NCBI GenBank assembly: GCA_046570105.1
Contig: JBKHVI010000016.1
Span: 1-50,289 of the forward strand
Length of the DNA: 50,289 nucleotides
DNA from: Bacteriovoracia bacterium
GTDB lineage: Bacteria; Bdellovibrionota; Bacteriovoracia; Bacteriovoracales; Bacteriovoracaceae
Direction: 5' to 3'
The notes beneath the pieces were generated by a model, which searched no databases, was not told the origin of the DNA, and saw only the letters and a program-made list of their open reading frames with translations. Position 1 is the first letter of the stretch. Each line of letters opens with the position of its first letter. The position numbers and the translations under genes were made by a program. Below, in pieces: positions 36,494 through 45,495 of the stretch.

Positions 36494-38533
36494 TTAGTAA
36501 GTCGCCAACTCGCGAGCGGCCTTAAGAACTTTCTGTGTATCAGGAAGTGTGGCACGCTCCAAAATTCGGTTGAAGCCGACGGGGACAAACGGAGAGCCTA
36601 CTCGACGGACTGGAGCATCGAGCTCTTCAAAGCAATGCTCGTTAATCACACCGACCAGCTCACCACCGAATCCACCAAAAACCTTGTCCTCATGAACAAT
36701 CAGCGCTCGATGAGTTTTGGCGACTGTTGCTTTAATAGCAACATAATCAAGTGGATTAAGTGAACGAAGATCTAGCACTTCTACTTCAATTCCTTCCTTA
36801 GCAAGCTCTTCAGCGGCTTCCAATGAGAAATGAACGGTATTACCAAAAGTGATAATCGAGAGATGTTTGCCTTCACGACGTAGACGGGCCTTTCCAAAGG
36901 GTACTTCGAAATCTTCTGGAACAGAAGTCATGGCGTGCTTAGCATTATAGAGAGTTTTAGGTTCAAGATAAACTGTGCAACCACGTGAACGCATAGCAGT
37001 TCTCAAAAGCCCAGCAGCATCGTCAGCAAATGCCGGAACAACTACGCGAATACCAGGCAATGTTGTAAGTGTTCCTTCGATGTTTTGTGAGTGATAAAGA
37101 CCACCACCGATATAGCCGCCTGAGGCCAAGCGAACAACGATGTTCGGAGAGAATGCACCATTTGAGCGCCAATAATCGTGAGATGTTTCTACCATCTGTT
37201 CCATCGCTGGCCAGAAGTAGTCAGCAAACTCAGCTCCCTCAACTACAACGCGAATTTTTTCATCAAAGCGCACCATACCGTTAGCAGTTCCAAGAATGAA
37301 ATCTTCTGCAATCGGTCCGTTGAAGACACGGTGTTTACCAAACTCTTGTTGCATGCCTTTGGTAACATTGAAGATACCGCCCTTTTCTTTGTTGGCGACG
37401 TCTTGGCCCCAAATATAGGTATCAGGATTATGACGGAATTCAGCTTTTAGAGTTCCATTTAAAGCATCAATGAACTTAATGGGCTCACTGCTATCGTTAT
37501 GAGTGCCATCAACATACTTTTGCGGAACGTGCGCTTCAGGCACCACAAAATCAAAAATACTTTCTGGTGTTGGGGCCGGAGCTTTCATCGCTTTAGTATG
37601 AGCGTCGAGCATTTCTGCTTTTGCGGCTTCTTCAATCTTAGTGAGTTCTTTTTCAGTGAAGATTTTCGACTTTAAAAGGTCCGCTTTGAATTTTGGCAAG
37701 GGATCTTGTGCTTTAGCTTCCGCCAATTCTTTTTCATCACGGTACCACTCATGTTTATCAGAGTTTGAGTGATTACCAATACGCACACACATGGCATGAA
37801 CAATAACTGGTTCGTGATGTTTGGCGGCGTGCTCACGAGCAGCAATCATGGCGTTCATCGAATCAAAAACATCTTTACCGTCACAAATGATGATCTGAAG
37901 ATTTTTAAATCCACGGAAGTTTTCGGCGACGATCTCATTGGCCGTTTGGTCAGACTTTGGAACTGAAATGCCATAACCATTATCTTGGAACACAAAAACC
38001 ACTGGAAGTTTCTCACGACTAGCGCCATTGATCGCTTCGTAACAATAGCCTTCAGATACTGATGATTCACCTTGTGAAGAAAACGCGACACCTTTGCTCT
38101 TATACGTTTTCATCGCACGGCCAACGCCCACTGCGTGCAAAGTATGGTTACCAGTGCAACTTGAAACGTTATGGATATTCCATTCAGGCTTGGCGAAGTG
38201 ATTCGACATGTGACGTCCACCTGAAGCGAGATCAGTCGCTTTAGATAAACCATTCAAAATAATTTCTTCAGCTGATAGTCCAGCAGATAGTGCTGTCAAC
38301 ATGTCACGGTAGTAAGGGAAAAGATGATCGGTCTTACGCTCAAAAACTTGCCCAATTGCTAATTGAATCGCATCGTGACCGGCGTAAGGAGCATGATAAG
38401 ACCAACCCAAGGCCTGCTTAAGATAGTTGGGTGCGCGCTCATCGAGCATACGGCCCAAGGTCAAAAGGTGGTACCAGTGGGCGAGAGTTTTTTTGTCTGT
38501 TTTTTTAAGGTCGTGCGTCTTCTTCACAAGCAT
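36494..38533 (-). CDS. 2-oxoacid dehydrogenase E1, fused alpha+beta subunits (branched-chain/pyruvate type)
   Basis: 'PYYRD', TPP-binding region 'SQGESS...QDNGYGIS', 'HSNSD', 'GQDV', 'GPIAE', 'YHSQ', 'DLRSLNPLD'; ATG at 38533 follows GGAG. Confidence 0.92.
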   Translation of the reverse strand: MLVKKTHDLKKTDKKTLAHWYHLLTLGRMLDERAPNYLKQALGWSYHAPYAGHDAIQLAIGQVFERKTDHLFPYYRDMLTALSAGLSAEEIILNGLSKATDLASGGRHMSNHFAKPEWNIHNVSSCTGNHTLHAVGVGRAMKTYKSKGVAFSSQGESSVSEGYCYEAINGASREKLPVVFVFQDNGYGISVPKSDQTANEIVAENFRGFKNLQIIICDGKDVFDSMNAMIAAREHAAKHHEPVIVHAMCVRIGNHSNSDKHEWYRDEKELAEAKAQDPLPKFKADLLKSKIFTEKELTKIEEAAKAEMLDAHTKAMKAPAPTPESIFDFVVPEAHVPQKYVDGTHNDSSEPIKFIDALNGTLKAEFRHNPDTYIWGQDVANKEKGGIFNVTKGMQQEFGKHRVFNGPIAEDFILGTANGMVRFDEKIRVVVEGAEFADYFWPAMEQMVETSHDYWRSNGAFSPNIVVRLASGGYIGGGLYHSQNIEGTLTTLPGIRVVVPAFADDAAGLLRTAMRSRGCTVYLEPKTLYNAKHAMTSVPEDFEVPFGKARLRREGKHLSIITFGNTVHFSLEAAEELAKEGIEVEVLDLRSLNPLDYVAIKATVAKTHRALIVHEDKVFGGFGGELVGVINEHCFEELDAPVRRVGSPFVPVGFNRILERATLPDTQKVLKAARELATY

Positions 38534-38673
38534 GGCGTGCTCCAGCGATTTCATAAAGTTGAAAGTCATTAAAGCTAACACAAGGCCTTGCTATCGACAA
38601 TCAAGCAAAGCACTGCGTCTAGTAGCTGTAAAAGATTGCAAAAAATGATGATTCATCATCAGATGAAGTTGAG

Positions 38674-39462
38674 ATGAAAAAGGTCTATAAATACATTATT
38701 TTAGTCGCCGCCTTCTTAACGATGATTTTCATTATCGCTCTTGCTTCAAGCGTCACAAATCAATGGTGGACGGGCGCTCTGATTGGACTAGGCATCACTG
38801 CGCTATTTGGGGCGATCATTGCCTATGGCGCCTATGATATGCGGGCCCGGGCGCATTTACCCGTGGCGCAAGTTTCATCTCATGAAATTGAAATACAACT
38901 CCCGCACCCCCACCCTCGCCTCAATTTTCCCGTCTTAAAATTCTTTATCGCCATTGGACTTTTTCTCGCCATGCTCGATTTAGTATTAGTCGTTAACGAT
39001 GCGGGACCTCAGCAACTGACACATATGTTTGTCGGCATGAATTTAGGCTTTCTCTTTTTTGCGGCGATTATTTGTTGGGTGAAAACGGCCCCTCTCAACG
39101 CTGCGCGCGCACTGGTTAACAAACATCCCACTCGTAAATTTATTCTCAATGAGAAAGGCCTAGAGATTCCTCTCGAGCTGCTCACAATACCTGCTTTTCA
39201 CATTGCTCTGCGCGAAGGTAAGGCCTCCATTATCATTCCCTGGAAAGAAATTCTTTCTTTTGAAGCTCATCGTCAAAGAGGTTCCAGCCCAAGGCAGTTT
39301 TCTTTGAAAACCTCTGGAGAAACCGAGAAGTATGGTGGATTAATGGGATCATTTGGCGTGATCTGTGATGCTGCCTTAGTCGCTCAGGAATCAAATATCC
39401 TGGCGTCGGCACGGCGCTATTTGCACAACACATTATCTGTTCACTTCGATAACTCCAAGTAG
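38674..39462 (+). CDS. Hypothetical membrane protein (about 4 TM plus soluble C-terminal domain)
   Basis: Four hydrophobic segments followed by a polar region ('FILNEKGL...IPWKEI', PH-like pattern). Confidence 0.65.
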   Translation: MKKVYKYIILVAAFLTMIFIIALASSVTNQWWTGALIGLGITALFGAIIAYGAYDMRARAHLPVAQVSSHEIEIQLPHPHPRLNFPVLKFFIAIGLFLAMLDLVLVVNDAGPQQLTHMFVGMNLGFLFFAAIICWVKTAPLNAARALVNKHPTRKFILNEKGLEIPLELLTIPAFHIALREGKASIIIPWKEILSFEAHRQRGSSPRQFSLKTSGETEKYGGLMGSFGVICDAALVAQESNILASARRYLHNTLSVHFDNSK

Positions 39463-39572
39463 CCGAGCAAAGCACTTCACAGATTTTTTTGCCTCTCTCA
39501 TGGACTGCCTCAAGTCTCGGGTTTAAAGTCTCGAAAAGTCGTTTATATACCTTTCGTTTTAGGAGCAATCCC

Positions 39573-40958
39573 ATGAAGACCGTCGCCCATGGTTTCTTTC
39601 AAGACCCGCGTATCCAAGAAGCTAAAAAACTTATTCGTGATGCCGTCAAAGAACATCAGAAAAAAATCACTGGAGTGAAGCCAGCTGATCCAGCACTCAA
39701 AGAAGAATACCAAGCAACGCTCAAAAAATTTGGTGAACAACGTGGCGGTCCGCTTTTTTATCAATACCTCGGTTCAGGAATTGGTAATGGTGCTCTGGTT
39801 GAACTTGCTGATGGTTCAGTGAAATACGATTTCATTACAGGTATTGGTGTCCATTATATGGGCCACTCAAATGCTGATGTGATTGAAGCGCAAATTGAAG
39901 GCTCAATCAGCAACACGGTAATGAATGGACATCTCCAACAAAATACCGACTCAGCTCGCTTAGTTGATTTGATTTCAACACAAGCATGTAAAAACGGCGC
40001 TGCTGTTAAAAATGTTTTCCTGACTACCTCAGGCGCCATGGCGAATGAAAACGCCTTCAAAATGATTTATCAAAAACGCGCAGGAGCTCAGCGCTTCTTC
40101 TCATTTGAGAAATGTTTCTCAGGAAGAACACTGGGGATGGCGTGGGTGACTGATAAGGCCGCCTATCGTGCAGGCCTTCCGAAAACTATCGACGTTGATT
40201 ACATTCCTTTCTATTGCGAGTCAGACCATAAAGGCTCAATCGAAGTTTCAGTCAATGCAATGAAAAAGCATCTGACACGCTACCCTGGTCAATACGCTGG
40301 CTTCATCATGGAAATGATTCAAGGTGAAAACGGCTCGTGGGTTGGGAACACAGAATTCTTCGAGGCGCTCATACAAGTCTGCAAAGACAATAATATTTCG
40401 GTTTTCGTTGATGAAGTACAAACCTTCATGCGCACACATGAACTATTTGCTTTTCAACATTTCAAACTTGATAAACATGTCGATGTTGTGAGCATCGGTA
40501 AAAACTCACAAGTGTGTGCCACACTGTTCACAGATGACCACAAGCCAAAACCAGGTCTCATGTCGCAAACCTTCACTGGTGCCTCAAGCCAAATTTCGGC
40601 CAGCTTAAAAATCATTTCTGAAGTTGTGAATGGAGATTATTTGGGCAAAGAAGGCAAAATCGAAAAATGTCATCAGCGCTTTAAAACAAATCTCGAAAAA
40701 ATTGCAGCCAAGCACCCTACTAAATTAAACGGACCTTGGGGAATCGGTGCCATGGTGGCAATGACAGTCTTCGGTGGCATCGAAGAGAAGTCTAAACAAT
40801 TTACTTTCAAACTTTTTGAAAATGGCGTTCTCTCTTTCATGGCGGGCGGTGGAACATCAACACGTGTGCGCTTCTTGATGCCGATTGTCGCTGTGACGAT
40901 GGAAGATATTGATAATGTCTGCGCCCTGATCGAAAAAACTCTCGTTGAGATGGAGTAG
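39573..40958 (+). CDS. astC: Class III PLP aminotransferase, likely succinylornithine/acetylornithine transaminase (AstC-like)
   Basis: 'YDFITGIGVHYMGH', 'SGAMANENAFK', 'FSGRTLG', 'EMIQGE', 'DEVQT', 'SIGK'; directly upstream of astA; ATG follows AGGAG. Confidence 0.75.
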   Translation: MKTVAHGFFQDPRIQEAKKLIRDAVKEHQKKITGVKPADPALKEEYQATLKKFGEQRGGPLFYQYLGSGIGNGALVELADGSVKYDFITGIGVHYMGHSNADVIEAQIEGSISNTVMNGHLQQNTDSARLVDLISTQACKNGAAVKNVFLTTSGAMANENAFKMIYQKRAGAQRFFSFEKCFSGRTLGMAWVTDKAAYRAGLPKTIDVDYIPFYCESDHKGSIEVSVNAMKKHLTRYPGQYAGFIMEMIQGENGSWVGNTEFFEALIQVCKDNNISVFVDEVQTFMRTHELFAFQHFKLDKHVDVVSIGKNSQVCATLFTDDHKPKPGLMSQTFTGASSQISASLKIISEVVNGDYLGKEGKIEKCHQRFKTNLEKIAAKHPTKLNGPWGIGAMVAMTVFGGIEEKSKQFTFKLFENGVLSFMAGGGTSTRVRFLMPIVAVTMEDIDNVCALIEKTLVEME

Positions 40959-40961
40959 CCC

Positions 40962-42056
40962 TTGTTTATCATTCGTCCGATTGAACAAAAAGACCTTGAT
41001 CGCCTGATGGAGCTTCTCGAAGACTCAGGCCATGGTCTTACTACGCTTCCAAAAGACCCCGAGGTTTTGAGAAAACGTATTATTCATTCGGAGCGCAGTT
41101 TCACACAACGTGATGGTCGCCCTAAAGGCGAAGACTATCTCTTTGTGATGGAAGAACTCTTCACCGGTAAAATTGTCGGAGTTTGCGGAATCATTTCTAA
41201 GATTGGTGGCTTTGAACCTTACTATTTCTATCGAATGGAAACCCATCACCACGAAAGTAAACTTGTTGGCGTAAAAAACGACATCGTTACTCTACACTTT
41301 CATTATGTGCACAATGGGCCTGCTGAGATTTGCTCACTCTATCTTCATCCAAAATTTAGAAATGCTCAAAACGGCCGTTTTCTTTCACTCTCCCGCTTCT
41401 TGTTTATGGCAGAGAATCGCAAGCATTTTGAAAATGAAGTGATCGCAGAAATGCGAGGCATGGTCAACGATTCGGGGCACTCTCCATTCTGGGATGCCGT
41501 CGGAGCGAAGTGCTTTAAGATTGATTTCCCTGAAGCCGACTCGATGTATTTCGAAAACAAAAAATTTGTCGAAGAGCTGATGCCCAAGCATCCCATCATC
41601 GCCAATCTTCTCCCGGAAGAAGCTCAGTTTGTTATCGGAAAAGTTCATCCGAATACCGAACCAGCGAAACGCATCCTAGAGCAAGAAGGCTTTAAATTCG
41701 CAGGCCTTGTTGGTCTCTTTGAACCAGGCCCGGTGGTTATTGCTGAAATCGATAAAGTGAGAACCGTAAAAGATAGTATCGTGGGCGAGATTAAAGAGAT
41801 CGCCGATAAATCATTTCGCTCAGAGACCTTTATCATCTCACGCACAGGAACAAAGTTTCGTGCCACATTAGGTGGTGTGGTGAAACTCAAAACCGGCGGA
41901 CTTAAAATTTCGAGTGTCACAGCGGCCGCTCTCAAGTTACGTCTTGGTGATAAAATCCGCTTCTCCACTTTCCGTCCCAAAGACAAAAAGAAGCGCGCCC
42001 AAACGAACGTTATGAAAGTCGACAAGCCGGTGGCCAAAAAGAAGAAGAAAAAATGA
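40962..42056 (+). CDS. astA: Arginine N-succinyltransferase
   Basis: 'GLTTLP', 'YLFVME', 'EICSLYL', 'LSLSRFLF', 'AEMRG...SPFW', 'IGKVHPNTEPA..ILEQEGF'. Confidence 0.93.
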   Translation: MFIIRPIEQKDLDRLMELLEDSGHGLTTLPKDPEVLRKRIIHSERSFTQRDGRPKGEDYLFVMEELFTGKIVGVCGIISKIGGFEPYYFYRMETHHHESKLVGVKNDIVTLHFHYVHNGPAEICSLYLHPKFRNAQNGRFLSLSRFLFMAENRKHFENEVIAEMRGMVNDSGHSPFWDAVGAKCFKIDFPEADSMYFENKKFVEELMPKHPIIANLLPEEAQFVIGKVHPNTEPAKRILEQEGFKFAGLVGLFEPGPVVIAEIDKVRTVKDSIVGEIKEIADKSFRSETFIISRTGTKFRATLGGVVKLKTGGLKISSVTAAALKLRLGDKIRFSTFRPKDKKKRAQTNVMKVDKPVAKKKKKK

Positions 42057-42616
42057 TACTTTGGATTTTCCTTATCACTTCTTCATTTGCAGATTCAGAC
42101 CAATTGATGGGTCAGTATTTTCACGCTAAAGCGGAAACGTCACTCATCGAATTTCTAGAAGCCAAAGAACTCTCCATTCCTAGTGCTCTTCAAGACGACA
42201 AAATCAACTGCGTGGGAGTCGAAGAATTTGCTCCTACTCTTGATGCCATTCGCACAGAAGCTCAGGCGACACTCAGTGATTTGAAGAATAATGGCTTTCG
42301 TTGGCGCCAACCCCAGACCTATGGAAAAGACGAAAAGATCCTAATGCCCCCTGATCGGGCCAGAGCTTATGCGAATGAAAGATTGCGGTTTTTCCGTCTA
42401 GAAGCCTTTGGCCGCCTCTCTCGTTTGGCACCGGGCTGCCTTAATATATTTAGGCAGGATCCAACTGGGACTAGAAAATCCAATGACATACCTCGCTTTA
42501 GGTTGGAATCATTAAAAAACGTGACTCCCGAAGCATTCTGCTCTGTAACCATGAGATACTGGAAGGAGTTGTACTCTGAACTCCCGGCCGCTTGCAAAGT
42601 AGCAGCGGACGAATAG
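42053..42616 (+). CDS. Secreted hypothetical protein
   Basis: Signal peptide MILWIFLITSSFA; 4 Cys; helical; ATGA-coupled to astA. Confidence 0.7.
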   Translation: MILWIFLITSSFADSDQLMGQYFHAKAETSLIEFLEAKELSIPSALQDDKINCVGVEEFAPTLDAIRTEAQATLSDLKNNGFRWRQPQTYGKDEKILMPPDRARAYANERLRFFRLEAFGRLSRLAPGCLNIFRQDPTGTRKSNDIPRFRLESLKNVTPEAFCSVTMRYWKELYSELPAACKVAADE

Positions 42617-42625
42617 GAGAAAAGC

Positions 42626-43195
42626 ATGCGCTTTCTCGTCCTCATAATGCTGAGCTCATCATTCGCTATGGCCGCAGAATTCCCCGACCGGGAATATCGT
42701 CAAGCTGAGACCAAACTTGGTTTACTCAAAATTGGTGAATCTCTTAGCCAGATTGCAGGTCGCGAAGGGCAATTTGATTCTGCAGCAGCACTGCAAAAGT
42801 GTGACAGTGTTGATAAGGCCCTCAATGATGGATTCAAAGCTCGCCGTCAGGCCCGTCTCAAATCTATCCGCGAATCAGAAGTCAATGTGATGGGATGGGA
42901 AGCACGTGCCAAAGATGCTCTGATGCTGGATTCCTCTGATAAGGTCACATTAACTGAAGCCTTAAAAAAAGAAGCCAAAAAATGGCGCTCAGAAGCTAAA
43001 CAATCTCTTCCCTGCACTGACGCTGTTTCGATAGATTTCGTCGAAAACTTAGCTGACGATTTTAATGCTGCTGATGAGCCCGTATTCAATCTGTGCGTTA
43101 GAACCGTCAAGGCCCTGCGTAAATCACCTGAGTGTGGCCGCTCAATTCAAGAAGCCCAAACCGGTGCTGTAAAGCTTTCCATTCCTACGCCGTAA
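42626..43195 (+). CDS. Secreted hypothetical protein
   Basis: Signal peptide MRFLVLIMLSSSFAMA; 4 Cys; AGGAG RBS. Confidence 0.7.
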   Translation: MRFLVLIMLSSSFAMAAEFPDREYRQAETKLGLLKIGESLSQIAGREGQFDSAAALQKCDSVDKALNDGFKARRQARLKSIRESEVNVMGWEARAKDALMLDSSDKVTLTEALKKEAKKWRSEAKQSLPCTDAVSIDFVENLADDFNAADEPVFNLCVRTVKALRKSPECGRSIQEAQTGAVKLSIPTP

Positions 43196-43211
43196 GAGCT
43201 AAAATCCAGCT

Positions 43212-44594
43212 ATGAAATTATCATTTTTTGGTGCTGCTGGTACCGTCACTGGTTCACGTACTCTTTGCGAAACTTCTGGTAAAAAGTTTTTAATCGATGC
43301 CGGGCTTTTTCAAGGCCCCAAAGATTTGCGACTACGCAACTGGGTGACACCTTTTAAATCTTCTACTCTTGATGGTGTTATTCTCACCCATGCGCATATT
43401 GATCATTCGGGCCTCCTACCTAGACTTGTTCGAGAAGGATACAACAAGCCCATCTGGTGCTCTAAAGCAACAGCAGCACTGGGAAAGTTCATGCTTTTAG
43501 ATGCCGCCAAACTTCAAGAGGAAGATGCAGGTCATGCCAATCGCACAGGATACTCAAATCACAAACCGGCCGAACCTCTTTACACAATTAAAGATGCTGA
43601 AGCGGCGATCAAGCTTTTTGAAGTGGTAGATGATGAAGAATGGTTCTCACCGTTCAAAAATATCCAATTCCGTTTTTTTAGAGCAGGCCATATTTTGGGT
43701 GCACGCTTCGTACAACTCTCCTACCCCGCTGCTGAGGGCGCTAAGACCATCGTCTTTAGTGGTGATCTTGGTAACGGACGCTCACGCCTCATTAAGCCTC
43801 CCGTCTCTCCGCCTCAAGCTGAAACTCTTATGCTTGAATCCACTTACGGAGATCGCCTTTTACCTCACGGCAATCCCAATCAAGAGTTAGCAGAAATTAT
43901 CAACAAAGTGATGCGCCGAAATGGTGTACTGGTCATACCGGCCTTCGCTGTTGGGCGGACGCAAGATGTGTTGCAGGCGATAGCTGAGCTGCAACGTGAG
44001 AACATGATTGATAAAGAGATTCCTGTTTATGTTGATAGCCCGATGGCCCGTTCCGCGACTAAGGCCCATTTGAAATTCCCTGATGAGCTCGCTTGGCAGC
44101 CGGCCCCGGGTGGAGTGCAAGGTCCCATCGATACTGACATGTTTAAGTGCACTGAAAGTTTTGAAGAATCAATTGCGCTTCAAGAGATCAATCGCCCTCA
44201 TATCGTGATCTCGGCGTCTGGCATGGTGACTGGCGGTCGAGTCATGCATCATCTGAAGAATCGTCTGCCTGATCCCAAAAATGGAGTTCTGTTTGTAGGC
44301 TATCAAGCGGAAGGAACGAAAGGACGCGTGCTTTTGAGTGGCGAAAAAGAATTCCGTATTCATCACGAGCGCATTAATGTGGCCGCTGAAATTTTTAAAG
44401 TAGATCACTTCTCCGCTCATGCTGATTACGAAGACTCACTTCGCTGGGTCGCACAGATGCCAGTACCACCTAAGAGAATTATTTTGAATCACGGTGAAGA
44501 CGGCCCCAGACGAGCACTGGCGGACAAAATCAAAGAGAAATGGCCAGAGATGGAAATTCTCATCCCCGATCAAGGGGATGAGATTAATGTGTAA
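43212..44594 (+). CDS. MBL-fold beta-CASP ribonuclease
   Basis: 'GAAGTVTGS', 'LTHAHIDHSG', 'AGHILG', 'FSGDLG', 'ESTYG', 'PAFAVGRTQ', 'SAHAD', 'NHGE'. Confidence 0.92.
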   Translation: MKLSFFGAAGTVTGSRTLCETSGKKFLIDAGLFQGPKDLRLRNWVTPFKSSTLDGVILTHAHIDHSGLLPRLVREGYNKPIWCSKATAALGKFMLLDAAKLQEEDAGHANRTGYSNHKPAEPLYTIKDAEAAIKLFEVVDDEEWFSPFKNIQFRFFRAGHILGARFVQLSYPAAEGAKTIVFSGDLGNGRSRLIKPPVSPPQAETLMLESTYGDRLLPHGNPNQELAEIINKVMRRNGVLVIPAFAVGRTQDVLQAIAELQRENMIDKEIPVYVDSPMARSATKAHLKFPDELAWQPAPGGVQGPIDTDMFKCTESFEESIALQEINRPHIVISASGMVTGGRVMHHLKNRLPDPKNGVLFVGYQAEGTKGRVLLSGEKEFRIHHERINVAAEIFKVDHFSAHADYEDSLRWVAQMPVPPKRIILNHGEDGPRRALADKIKEKWPEMEILIPDQGDEINV

Positions 44595-45398
44595 CTACTG
44601 ACCTTTTGAAGTTGATTCAAAAATCTTGTCAGCGCTTGCCGCTACAAAACCTTGATAGAGTTCACCACTCTTCAATGGATAACGACGAGCAAACTCATAA
44701 TAGCAGGCCGGAATAGTCATTGCGCCATCATCAAATTTTACTTCGATATTATTTGCGAGAGTCGATGACTGCTCCAGAAACACTTCTGGTGTTCCCTTAA
44801 TTTCACCACCACTTGAATTTAATTTTACACCCTGATCTTTCAAGAAAATATTCAGTGATTGAATATCTTTAAAACTCTTAAGTGCATTAATAAATACGGT
44901 GAAGTGATTCGGACGGTAACCAAAAGCTGCCACCCAGGCGGCGTAGTCTGATTCTTTCATCAGCTTTTCATAAGTCGCTTTGGTAACTTTCCATGGACGA
45001 CCGATCGAAGAGAAATCAAAAGTGTGCTCCATGTCGGCAGGAATCTGCTCAACCAAAGCATTCACTGTGTTTTGCAGCTCGGGTGAAAAATCTTGCAGTT
45101 TGAGCTCAGAGATAAAAATCTTAGGGAGATTTTTATCCGGATGTTCATAATGTTTGGCGTAAAGCTTTTTATCGGTGAAGTGATAATCCCCGCCATAGAC
45201 ATAGCCTGAAGCAACAAAAGGGGCCGCGATTACATCCACGGTTAAACGTGGGTGATTGAATGTGCGAAGCGCAATATGATCATTCAAGACCTTATCCCCA
45301 CGGGCAATAAATAGGTCATAGACCTTTTGTGCCAGAGGGTTAATCGCCACATAGTCAGTCCACATTTTGTCCAACAAAGCAGGTAGGTTTTTCGCCAT
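44595..45398 (-). CDS. DUF1338 family protein (VOC-type metalloenzyme, HglS/YdcJ-related)
   Basis: 'NDHIALRTF', 'PKIFISEL', 'SDYAAWV..FGYRPNHFT', 'LEQSST', 'YYEFARR', 'GF...SADKIFEST'. Confidence 0.85.
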   Translation of the reverse strand: MAKNLPALLDKMWTDYVAINPLAQKVYDLFIARGDKVLNDHIALRTFNHPRLTVDVIAAPFVASGYVYGGDYHFTDKKLYAKHYEHPDKNLPKIFISELKLQDFSPELQNTVNALVEQIPADMEHTFDFSSIGRPWKVTKATYEKLMKESDYAAWVAAFGYRPNHFTVFINALKSFKDIQSLNIFLKDQGVKLNSSGGEIKGTPEVFLEQSSTLANNIEVKFDDGAMTIPACYYEFARRYPLKSGELYQGFVAASADKIFESTSKGQ

Positions 45399-45495
45399 AA
45401 AGCACTCCTTAATTATCTCGCCTAAGTTACCGCGGAATCCTTAGAACTTCCATAGCAACAGGAGTATGATTCTCCTCATTCCAATGGAGTGGTTT

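Noticed and set aside
43212..44594. beta-CASP nuclease as part of a defence system
   Set aside because: It looks like the widespread housekeeping-type RNase, with no defence-associated neighbours.
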